A stretch of 32,158 nucleotides of DNA from an uncultured Muribaculaceae bacterium (GTDB lineage Bacteria; Bacillota_I; Bacilli_A; RF39; UBA660), in NCBI GenBank assembly GCA_964520725.1, contig CAZFQF010000001.1, positions 1-32,158 on the forward strand, read 5' to 3'. Both the position numbers and the translations under genes were made by a program. Below the pieces are notes generated by a model. That model was not told where the DNA came from. It saw only the letters and a list, made by a program, of their open reading frames with translations, and ran no database searches. Positions 16,833-24,147 of the stretch are shown one piece after another. Within the stretch, counting starts at the first letter, position 1, and each line of letters opens with the position of its first letter.

Positions 16833-17525
16833 CTATTTAATTATTTCGGATTTAAAGTCCAGGTGAACCTTAAATTCCCCTCCCAAAATGTTGTCTGTAC
16901 ATTCGGGATCGGTTCCTTCTAGCCATAAGACTATTGTATACTTGTCAAGCGCATTTGGAGCAAAATTTTCCACATGATCGCTAGCAACAATGGTATCTGA
17001 AGTAAATGCAACAGTATCTTTTTCTGGAGTTCCATTTCTTGATATTTTTGCATAAGTTGTTTCCTCTCCATTCTTATAAACTCTTATTCGAATGGCTTCA
17101 TCAACATTTTTTATAACATCGTCAATGATTATCTCGGACCAATAATCAGCAATTTCTTGCCCAAGGTTTTCAATATAAAAGGTGTATGCAATAAAGTTCT
17201 CGCCATTATGTGACCCATTACTTCGATCATTTAGATTATTAGGCAACCACTTAGATGATATATTATCTATAAAATCCATCGTTTCAGCTCTTAATTCCGA
17301 TCTAAATACTTTATAATCAGGATCATCATAAATGATAATTCCGTTTTTTGTATATAAATCTCGATCTAAATTTACACAAAAGGTCCCATTGCTATATATA
17401 ATATTAAATATTATATAGATAATTAGTAAGAGTAGTAAAATTATTAAAAGTAGAAACTTTAATGACTTTACTATTTTCTTCTTGCGCCTAATCTGATTAG
17501 CACTAGTTACAATTTCCTTTTTCAT
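16833..17525 (-). CDS. Membrane-anchored short member (230 aa) of the same family; candidate anchor or nucleator
   Basis: A single N-terminal TM segment (LKFLLLIILLLLLIIYIIFNIIY) without the STYAWF junction. It retains the family edge motifs NFIAYTFYIENLG and KYTIVLWLEGTDPECTDN...EFKVHLDFKSE but lacks the Cys-containing central insert. It lies 25 nt upstream of paralogue A, so the two are probably co-transcribed. Confidence 0.6.
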   Translation of the reverse strand: MKKEIVTSANQIRRKKKIVKSLKFLLLIILLLLLIIYIIFNIIYSNGTFCVNLDRDLYTKNGIIIYDDPDYKVFRSELRAETMDFIDNISSKWLPNNLNDRSNGSHNGENFIAYTFYIENLGQEIADYWSEIIIDDVIKNVDEAIRIRVYKNGEETTYAKISRNGTPEKDTVAFTSDTIVASDHVENFAPNALDKYTIVLWLEGTDPECTDNILGGEFKVHLDFKSEIIK

Positions 17526-17586
17526 TCTTTACCTTTTTCTTTTTTCGATGTTATACTCTGATACACCTACCTTAATATACAATTTG

Positions 17587-17640
17587 ATTTTACCAATTAA
17601 ATAATTTTTTGTCAATTCAATTTGTCGAAAAAAGTCGAAA
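17587..17640 (-). promoter_or_regulatory. Sigma-A-type promoter with phased upstream CGAC repeats (230-aa gene plus paralogue A operon)
   Basis: Gene-sense sequence: TTTCGACTTTTTTCGACAAATTGAATTGACAAAAAATTATTTAATTGGTAAAAT. The -35 is TTGACA (17615..17610), the spacer is 17 nt, and the extended -10 is TGGTAAAAT (17595..17587). CGAC cores lie 13 and 23 nt upstream of the -35 TGAC. Confidence 0.6.
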
Positions 17641-17707
17641 AACAAGAATTTAAATTTTTGGTTTTTAACTTATTTAAAATATTTATTTTTTCTTTTTTAT
17701 AGCCACT

Positions 17708-17739
17708 AAAAAAAGAACTGAATTTTGACTCAAGTTCCT
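17708..17739 (-). terminator. Candidate rho-independent terminator after paralogue B
   Basis: Minus-strand GGAACTTGA, a loop, then TTCAGTTC forms an imperfect stem with a GAACT/AGTTC core. A run of seven T follows (17714..17708). Confidence 0.45.
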
Positions 17740-17766
17740 TTTAATTTTATTTGATAAATCTATTTT

Positions 17767-19230
17767 TTATCCTGCAGCTTTAACGGTAACTGTTCTTGTT
17801 TTAGTCGCTACATTTCCTGCTGTATCTGAGACTGTATAAGTGATTTTATATTCTCCTATAACGTTAATATTAACAGTTCCTGTTGCTTTTATTTTATCAG
17901 CAGCTATTGTTCCATCTTTATTATCTTTAGCTGTTGCTCCCGGATCAACAAAAGTACTACCTTTAGTAATTTCCATTGGTGAATCACCTAATAATGTAAT
18001 AATTGGAGCTGTTTTATCATCAGCATCTGGACCGTCACCTTGGTTAACATCTGGTCCTGTGTAATCAATATCATCTTCATTAAATCTTTCTTTAGTAAAT
18101 CCGAATTTAATCGAAATACTTTTACCAATTGAAGAGAAATCATAGTTATCGATATCTTGTCCTTCAATATAAATGTATATTCTTACTTTAGTTATACTAC
18201 TTGGAGCTAATTTCATAAATGTTGGACGATTAGTTCCAGTTTTTAATTTATCAGTATCAGTAAAATATGGGAATGCTGTTAATTGACTTGAAGTTTCATA
18301 ACCGTTGTAAGCTTCACCATCATAAATATCTACTCCCATTGCTGAAGTAATAGCTTTATTAATTGCATATGTAGGATATGCAAGCCCATCAATAACTTCT
18401 CCACATTCTCCAGCATAAGAGTCTGCTTTAGTTATATCAGTGCCAGTGGTTTTTCTTGCTAAACATGATTCTTCATACCAGTTAATCGCGTTTTTCTCAT
18501 GATCTGTATCATTGGGTTCCCAAATTTGAGCTGTGCGAGTACAAATACCAGTTACATTCGTATCAGTATTACAACCGATTCCTGTAATTGTTTCTTGATC
18601 AGTTGTATCACCTTTTACACGTCCTATTTGTGCAAATGCTACTCTAATTGAGTTTTCAATTCCTGTTTTGTCAACTCCTCCAGCTTCACTTAATGAAACG
18701 GTTGCCTCTGAGTCAACTGTTAAATAAATTGCCTCTTCATCTTTTTCGTCATAAGTATCAATATATTGAGTTCCAGTTAAATTTCGGATAAATAAATCAA
18801 ATGCTACATACCCTCTTTGCTCGGTTGCACCGTTGTTTTTTACTTGACTAGCCATTAATCTATAGCCACCTGCGGTAGCTGTGTAACTTGCCTTCTCAAA
18901 TAATTTTAATCTGCCTACGGTTGAATCTATATCTCCAACTGTTGATATTGGGATTAGTCCTTTAGCTGTTCCACCCCAAATATTAGTATTGTTAGTATAA
19001 GTAGTACTAAAATTACTTGCATTGATTGTAACTGAATCTCCAAAATTAGTTCCAGTTAATGATAGTGATAACTGATCAACAGCCGCAATTTTAACATCAA
19101 AGCTAGATACGTTTACCGTACGCAAGCCTACAAACCATGCATAAGTTGAAACCGAGATAACTACTGCTGTTAAAGCAAAAATTATTACTAAGTTTCTAAT
19201 TTTTCTGTTTGTTTTAGTTTCTTTTTTCAT
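17767..19230 (-). CDS. Secreted fibre-subunit candidate, paralogue B (487 aa), with a C-terminal DUF5011-type Ig-like domain
   Basis: SD GAGAGAGGGA. The N-terminus reads IRNLVIIFALTAVVISVSTYAWFVGLRTVNVSSFDVKIAA, and the core motifs match paralogue A. The C-terminus reads DKTAPIITLLGDSPMEITKGSTFVDPGATAKDNKDGTI...GEYKITYTVSDTAGNVATKTRTVTVK, which matches the DUF5011 (Cry22Aa-type Ig-like) pattern. Confidence 0.75.
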   Translation of the reverse strand: MKKETKTNRKIRNLVIIFALTAVVISVSTYAWFVGLRTVNVSSFDVKIAAVDQLSLSLTGTNFGDSVTINASNFSTTYTNNTNIWGGTAKGLIPISTVGDIDSTVGRLKLFEKASYTATAGGYRLMASQVKNNGATEQRGYVAFDLFIRNLTGTQYIDTYDEKDEEAIYLTVDSEATVSLSEAGGVDKTGIENSIRVAFAQIGRVKGDTTDQETITGIGCNTDTNVTGICTRTAQIWEPNDTDHEKNAINWYEESCLARKTTGTDITKADSYAGECGEVIDGLAYPTYAINKAITSAMGVDIYDGEAYNGYETSSQLTAFPYFTDTDKLKTGTNRPTFMKLAPSSITKVRIYIYIEGQDIDNYDFSSIGKSISIKFGFTKERFNEDDIDYTGPDVNQGDGPDADDKTAPIITLLGDSPMEITKGSTFVDPGATAKDNKDGTIAADKIKATGTVNINVIGEYKITYTVSDTAGNVATKTRTVTVKAAG

Positions 19231-19318
19231 AATTCCCTCTCTCTATTTTTCTTGTATATTTTTTCCTACAACATAATATACATCTATAATCCGATACCCT
19301 CTATCGTAATATACTATT

Positions 19319-19370
19319 ATCTTACCATAATCAAAATCTTTGTCAATATTTTTGTCGTTTTTTGTCAACT
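19319..19370 (-). promoter_or_regulatory. Sigma-A-type promoter with phased upstream GAC repeats (paralogue B)
   Basis: Gene-sense sequence: AGTTGACAAAAAACGACAAAAATATTGACAAAGATTTTGATTATGGTAAGAT. The -35 is TTGACA (19346..19341), the spacer is 16 nt, and the extended -10 is TGGTAAGAT (19327..19319). Confidence 0.6.
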
Positions 19371-19385
19371 TTTTTTTAATTTTTA

Positions 19386-19417
19386 TAAAAAAAGCAAAAT
19401 CGCTAATCGACTGGCTT
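19386..19417 (-). terminator. Candidate rho-independent terminator after paralogue C
   Basis: Minus-strand AGCCAGTCG, ATTAG, then CGATTTTGCT forms an imperfect stem, followed by a T run (19393..19387). Confidence 0.35.
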
Positions 19418-19422
19418 AATTT

Positions 19423-20895
19423 TTAAATAACGTTTACTTTTAATATTATTTGCTCAGCATAATTTCCTGCCCAATCGCTAACATCATATGTTACATAATA
19501 AGTTCCTGGGATATTAGTATTAACAGGATTAGTAACTACAATTCTTCTGGTTAAGTCTTCAGTTAAATCTCCACTTTCATCTTCTCCATATTTATCAATT
19601 GCTGTTGCAGTTGGTAAGACTAATTTTTCTCCCTGATTGATATTAATTTCTGTATCACTTGGATCAATACTAATAATTGGTGCCCAAACATCACTTCCAT
19701 AATCTGGCCCTTTTTCATGATCGATATCTTCTTCATTAAATCTTTGTTTAGTAAATCCAAACTCTATAGAAATTCTTTTACCAAGAGCTGCAAAATCATA
19801 GTTATCTATATCTTGTCCTTCAATATAAATGTATATTCTTACTTTAGTTATACTATTAGCTCCTAAAGTAAAAATTTCTGTTCTATTTGTCCCTTCATTT
19901 TCCTTAAGTGTATCAGTAAAAAATGGAAAGTTAGTTAATTTAGTAGTATTATTGTAGCTATTATATATTCCATCATAAATATCAACGTTATCTGCTGAAG
20001 ATATCGGACTATTTATAACATACGTCGGATAAGCAACGCCATCTTTTAGCGTTTTACAACTTCCTCCATAAGATGAGTCTTTAGTTAAGTCACTACCGGT
20101 TCTTTTTAAACACGATTTATTATACCAAGAAATAGCATTAATATTATGTAATGTATCGTTCGGTTCCCAAATTGCAGCATTACGACATATTCCTGTTACT
20201 CCTTCAGATATTGTTGGCTTTCCCTCAGAATTGCCATTACATTTAATTCCAGTGATTATATTAGGATCCGTTGTATTTCCAGCTACTCTTCCAACTTGGG
20301 CAAAAGCAACTCTTACTGAATTTTCAATTCCTGTTCCTAAATTCCCTGTAGCTCCAATAGTTACTAATGAGTCAGCTGTCAAATAAATAGCCTCTTCATC
20401 TAAGGCATTTAATTCACTTATATATTTTCTACCTGATAAATTTTTAATAAATAAATCAAAAGCAATATAGCCACCAGGATTAGTTGTTTTATTATTAACT
20501 AAGCTAGCCATTATCCTATATCCTCCTGGCGTAGCCGTAAAACTAGATTTTTCATACAATTTCATTCTTGAAGATAAAACATCCATTTCTCCTACAGACG
20601 ATAAAGGAATTAATCCTTTACCTCCCCAGGTGTTAGTATTTCCTGAATAAACAGTATTAGTATCATTATAATTATCTTCAGAAATAAAAACTGTTGTATC
20701 CCATCTGCGGCCATTTAATGATAGTAATAAACTATCGGTTACCGCAATTCCAATATCGAAACTAGACATATTAACAGTTCTAAGACCGACAAACCATGCA
20801 TAAGTCGAAGCCGAAATTATAATAGCTGTTAGCGCAAAGATTATTATTAGATTTTTAGCTTTACTCTTGGGTTGATTTTCATTTTTTTTCATCAT
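19423..20895 (-). CDS. Secreted fibre-subunit candidate, paralogue C (490 aa), with a C-terminal DUF5011-type Ig-like domain
   Basis: SD AGAGGT. The start may be the second ATG (20892). The N-terminus reads AKNLIIIFALTAIIISASTYAWFVGLRTVNMSSFDIGIAV, and the core motifs are conserved. The C-terminus reads DVWAPIISIDPSDTEININQGEKLVLPTATAIDKYGED...GTYYVTYDVSDWAGNYAEQIILKVNV. Confidence 0.75.
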   Translation of the reverse strand: MMKKNENQPKSKAKNLIIIFALTAIIISASTYAWFVGLRTVNMSSFDIGIAVTDSLLLSLNGRRWDTTVFISEDNYNDTNTVYSGNTNTWGGKGLIPLSSVGEMDVLSSRMKLYEKSSFTATPGGYRIMASLVNNKTTNPGGYIAFDLFIKNLSGRKYISELNALDEEAIYLTADSLVTIGATGNLGTGIENSVRVAFAQVGRVAGNTTDPNIITGIKCNGNSEGKPTISEGVTGICRNAAIWEPNDTLHNINAISWYNKSCLKRTGSDLTKDSSYGGSCKTLKDGVAYPTYVINSPISSADNVDIYDGIYNSYNNTTKLTNFPFFTDTLKENEGTNRTEIFTLGANSITKVRIYIYIEGQDIDNYDFAALGKRISIEFGFTKQRFNEEDIDHEKGPDYGSDVWAPIISIDPSDTEININQGEKLVLPTATAIDKYGEDESGDLTEDLTRRIVVTNPVNTNIPGTYYVTYDVSDWAGNYAEQIILKVNVI

Positions 20896-20943
20896 TTACC
20901 TCTTTCTTTTGCTTAATATAAAACATCGCTTTATCATAGCTTT

Positions 20944-20993
20944 ATCTTAACATATTCTTATTTTATGTCAATGTTTTTTGTCGATTTTTGTTC
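20944..20993 (-). promoter_or_regulatory. Sigma-A-type promoter with phased upstream GAC repeats (paralogue C)
   Basis: Gene-sense sequence: GAACAAAAATCGACAAAAAACATTGACATAAAATAAGAATATGTTAAGAT. The -35 is TTGACA (20971..20966), the spacer is 16 nt, and the extended -10 is TGTTAAGAT (20952..20944). Confidence 0.6.
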
Positions 20994-20995
20994 AT

Positions 20996-21021
20996 AAAAA
21001 AAGTCTCAGTTTTATCTGAAA
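20996..21021 (-). terminator. Candidate terminator of the DUF2207 gene, overlapping its last codons
   Basis: Minus-strand TTTCAG (21021..21016), loop ATAAAA, then CTGAGA (21009..21004) with one G-U pair. CTTTTTTT follows. Confidence 0.4.
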
Positions 21022-22691
21022 CCTCCTCCGCCTCCGCCGCCACCGAAGGACCCACCGCCTCCTCCGCCAGAAGAAAATCCGCCTCCGCCAGAAGAATAGC
21101 TTTGAGCTCTTGACCTAGCACTTGAAGCGCTATTTACTCCTCTATATGACATGGCATTAATAAATATTATATCCTCATACGTGTATGATAAATCGGTAAT
21201 CATATCTGGATATAGTTTTTTAAATTCAGATGCCACTTTATCTCCTATTCCAAATATTTGTGCATACACTAAATAATATTCCCATAGTTGAACTTCAATT
21301 GCCGATTTTTCATCAATACTCGAAAATTCGTTTAAGAATTTTTTTAATCCCACTAATTTTTTAGCCTCTTCATAAATTTCGGGAGTTTCTACATAGTTTG
21401 AAAAAAGCTTTTGGGGTTTTATTAATAGATTTTTATTAACGCAATTATTTTTTTGCTCCACTTTAACGTCTTTAAACCAATCTAAGACTTTACTATAGTT
21501 GGTTTTACAATATTTTTCAAATTCTTTTGATTCTAAAACGCCATCTTTACTAGCCTCATGCATGTAACGAAACATTTTAGACTCTAAATTATCTGCATCA
21601 ACATTTTCATTAAATTTAGAAATATCCATTACTAGAGACGTTTCTTCATTAGTTTTAATAATCCCTTTTTTTTCTTTTAATTCGATTTTCACATAACCTT
21701 TTCTTATCCAAGTTAGAATTAAAGCTCCTAAAAAATCATTATCTTTCTTTGCTAAATTATAACTATTAGCTAGAAAGAAAGCATAGAAAATATTTTTATC
21801 ACAAGGAATATCTCGAAAATAATTCAAATCTTTATGGAATTTACCTTTAGAAATAGTTTTTTTAAAATTATTATTTTGATAGCTTGATTTAACTATTGAA
21901 ACACAAACACCAATAATAAAAATAAAACTAAATAACCGAGATAAAGTGCTAAAAAGGTTAGATCCATTATTTTCTTCGTAATGTACGGCTCCTTCTTCAG
22001 CCATATTATGATATTCATTAAAATTCCCAGAAATAATATTATTAGTTGCAAACATTCCTTTTGGAAGCTCGACTAAAATAGTCATATATTCATCAGAACC
22101 AAGAGTTCCATCACTATTCATTTCAATTTTTCGATCATAAACGTATGCAGTTCCGCCATAATTCCCATAACCCCAGACTGCGATATTATCATCAAATCCT
22201 GCATCACTTCTAATCACAATTTTAATATCTTTAGGTTTAAGTGATAATTCATACGGAATGAGCGTCCAATAAATCATCTGCTTATCGGCTAAATCCGCAA
22301 CAAATCCACTGATATCATATTTTAAAGTATATAAATTTTTTCCATATTTACTTATTCCCCAGCAAAGCTCTACTCCATCGCTTAGATAGTTTATTCCGTT
22401 TTGATAAGCCTTATCATTAAAAGATCCATTAACATTCCAATTAGAATTATAATTAAATTTTGTTCCTTCTTGATTATAAACTTCGAAATTGCTTATTACA
22501 GAATTACCTAAATTATAATATGGCTTATAACCTTCGGTTCCTTTTTTAATATTTACATCCCAATTTTCCGTAATATGGGCAGTTCCTTCTTTATCTAAAT
22601 AAATATCCATGGTTATTTGATTAATTGAATCAGCCTTAACAGGTAATATAAATCCAAACATTAAAATAAAAATTAATAAAATTTTTTTCAT
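21012..22691 (-). CDS. DUF2207-family membrane protein with a Gly-rich C-terminal tail
   Basis: A signal peptide is followed by DSINQITMDIYLDKEGTAHITENWDVN, a typical DUF2207 N-terminal domain. There are central TM segments and a terminal SSGGGGFSSGGGGGGSFGGGGGGGGFR. It sits next to a LemA gene, which is the usual pairing. Confidence 0.75.
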   Translation of the reverse strand: MKKILLIFILMFGFILPVKADSINQITMDIYLDKEGTAHITENWDVNIKKGTEGYKPYYNLGNSVISNFEVYNQEGTKFNYNSNWNVNGSFNDKAYQNGINYLSDGVELCWGISKYGKNLYTLKYDISGFVADLADKQMIYWTLIPYELSLKPKDIKIVIRSDAGFDDNIAVWGYGNYGGTAYVYDRKIEMNSDGTLGSDEYMTILVELPKGMFATNNIISGNFNEYHNMAEEGAVHYEENNGSNLFSTLSRLFSFIFIIGVCVSIVKSSYQNNNFKKTISKGKFHKDLNYFRDIPCDKNIFYAFFLANSYNLAKKDNDFLGALILTWIRKGYVKIELKEKKGIIKTNEETSLVMDISKFNENVDADNLESKMFRYMHEASKDGVLESKEFEKYCKTNYSKVLDWFKDVKVEQKNNCVNKNLLIKPQKLFSNYVETPEIYEEAKKLVGLKKFLNEFSSIDEKSAIEVQLWEYYLVYAQIFGIGDKVASEFKKLYPDMITDLSYTYEDIIFINAMSYRGVNSASSARSRAQSYSSGGGGFSSGGGGGGSFGGGGGGGGFR

Positions 22692-22751
22692 TTAAAATCA
22701 TCTCTATAATAATATTAACACAAATCAAAAAAAAAAGAACCTAAAAGATTC

Positions 22752-23303
22752 TTAAAATTTAACTTTGACGTTCTCTTTTTCTGCTTCAGTTGCAGCAAAG
22801 AATGTTTCTTCTTTAAATCCAAACATTGATGCAACAAAGTTAGTTGGGAAAGTTTGTAGTTTAACATTATATTTCATTACAATATCATTATAAAATTGTC
22901 TTGCAAAAGATATTTTATCTTCGGTGTCTCTTAAATCATTTTGCATATTCAAGAAATTAGTATCAGCTTTTAATTCTGGATAGCTTTCGCTTAAAGCAAA
23001 TAATTTGTTCATAACTGAGGACAACTCTCCGTTAGCTTTTAATTGTTCTTCAGGAGTTCCGGCTGATAAATAAGTATTTCTTGCTTCAACAACTTTTGTT
23101 AGAGTGTCTGCCTCGTGCTTAGTATAACCTTTAATAGTTTCTATCAAGTTGGGAATTAAATCAAATCTTCTTTTTAATTGAACATCAATTTGCGCCCATT
23201 GATTTTTAACTTTATTACGTAAACCTACTAAGCTGTTATAAACAGATATTACATATAAAATTAAGATAACTACTATTACAAGTATAATATATGGCCATGT
23301 CAT
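22752..23303 (-). CDS. lemA: LemA family protein
   Basis: 183 aa. An N-terminal TM segment is followed by YNSLVGLRNKVKNQWAQIDVQLKRRFDLIPNLIETIKGYTKHE...ARQFYND, the characteristic LemA pattern. Confidence 0.85.
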   Translation of the reverse strand: MTWPYIILVIVVILILYVISVYNSLVGLRNKVKNQWAQIDVQLKRRFDLIPNLIETIKGYTKHEADTLTKVVEARNTYLSAGTPEEQLKANGELSSVMNKLFALSESYPELKADTNFLNMQNDLRDTEDKISFARQFYNDIVMKYNVKLQTFPTNFVASMFGFKEETFFAATEAEKENVKVKF

Positions 23304-23390
23304 AACATCTTTATCCTTTCTTTATAATTTATTTTAGCATAAAAATTTATGTAAAACAATTATTTATTATATTTAATTATATTAATAAGT

Positions 23391-24116
23391 TTATCTAAAT
23401 ATATAATTAATAATATCTTTATTTTTAAATTCTAATTTTACTGAGTAAATACCTGATCCAGTACTCGAAAAAATTATTGTGTTTTTATCATAATTATTTT
23501 CATATGTGTAATTAAGTATTTTGCTGTTTTCCTCTAAAATATTTTCAACGTTCAAAACATTAAAGCTTTCAGTTCCGACTAGTTTTATTTTTTCACCTTC
23601 GGGAATTACATTAGCACTTAAATTTTTTGTGTTGTAGTAGTCTTCTGAACTTAAAAGAACAAATTCTTGGGAATTAATCTTATAAGGCAAAGCTAAAATT
23701 GGCGAAAATATGAATTCTTCATTACTAGTACTTCCAGATATTTTTTCTAAGTATCTAATCATTATCGGGTCTTTTTCAATTCTCTGAATTAGTTTGGTTT
23801 TATCATTATTATTTCCTATAATGGCTTCTACCTTATTAACAATTACTTTATATTTGTCTTGAAAATATTCAACTTTGATTTTATCATTTACCCCGAAAAT
23901 ATTAGTCTGGATTTCTAAGCTTTCTTCTACTTTTGCCTCAGCATCATCATTTAGTTTTGCACTCATCATTTTTGCAGAACGTCTTTCGATTATTGTTGCC
24001 GTAGCATTATAAGTAATTAAAGAAGCTGTGGTAGATTCCAAAGTAAACATAATAATGCCAAAAACAACGCCAATAAAAATCGTTAAAATATAAAAGTATT
24101 TTCTTTTCTTTCTCAT
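23391..24116 (-). CDS. Hypothetical N-terminally anchored or secreted protein (241 aa)
   Basis: An intact ORF with one N-terminal hydrophobic segment (YFYILTIFIGVVFGIIMF). I recognise no motif in it. Confidence 0.5.
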   Translation of the reverse strand: MRKKRKYFYILTIFIGVVFGIIMFTLESTTASLITYNATATIIERRSAKMMSAKLNDDAEAKVEESLEIQTNIFGVNDKIKVEYFQDKYKVIVNKVEAIIGNNNDKTKLIQRIEKDPIMIRYLEKISGSTSNEEFIFSPILALPYKINSQEFVLLSSEDYYNTKNLSANVIPEGEKIKLVGTESFNVLNVENILEENSKILNYTYENNYDKNTIIFSSTGSGIYSVKLEFKNKDIINYIFR

Positions 24117-24147
24117 TATACTACTCTCTTTTCTTAAATAGAAAAAT

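Noticed and set aside
15087-18064. Plus-strand ORFs 15087..15311, 15992..16183 and 17840..18064
   Set aside because: They are antisense to the well-supported paralogue genes, which carry strong conserved motifs on the minus strand.
14270-20895. Paralogues read as type IV pilins or sortase-assembled pilins
   Set aside because: There is no G/A-F-T-L-I-E prepilin motif and no PilB, PilC or PilD-like genes. There is no LPXTG or pilin motif and no sortase in the window. The junction motif and the adjacent S26B peptidase fit the SipW/TasA route better.
21012-21075. A GC-rich, internally repetitive stretch (ccgcc/ccacc repeats) standing out from the AT-rich background
   Set aside because: It simply encodes the poly-Gly C-terminal tail that is common in DUF2207 proteins. 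It has no spacer/repeat periodicity, so it is not a CRISPR array or a mobile-element end.
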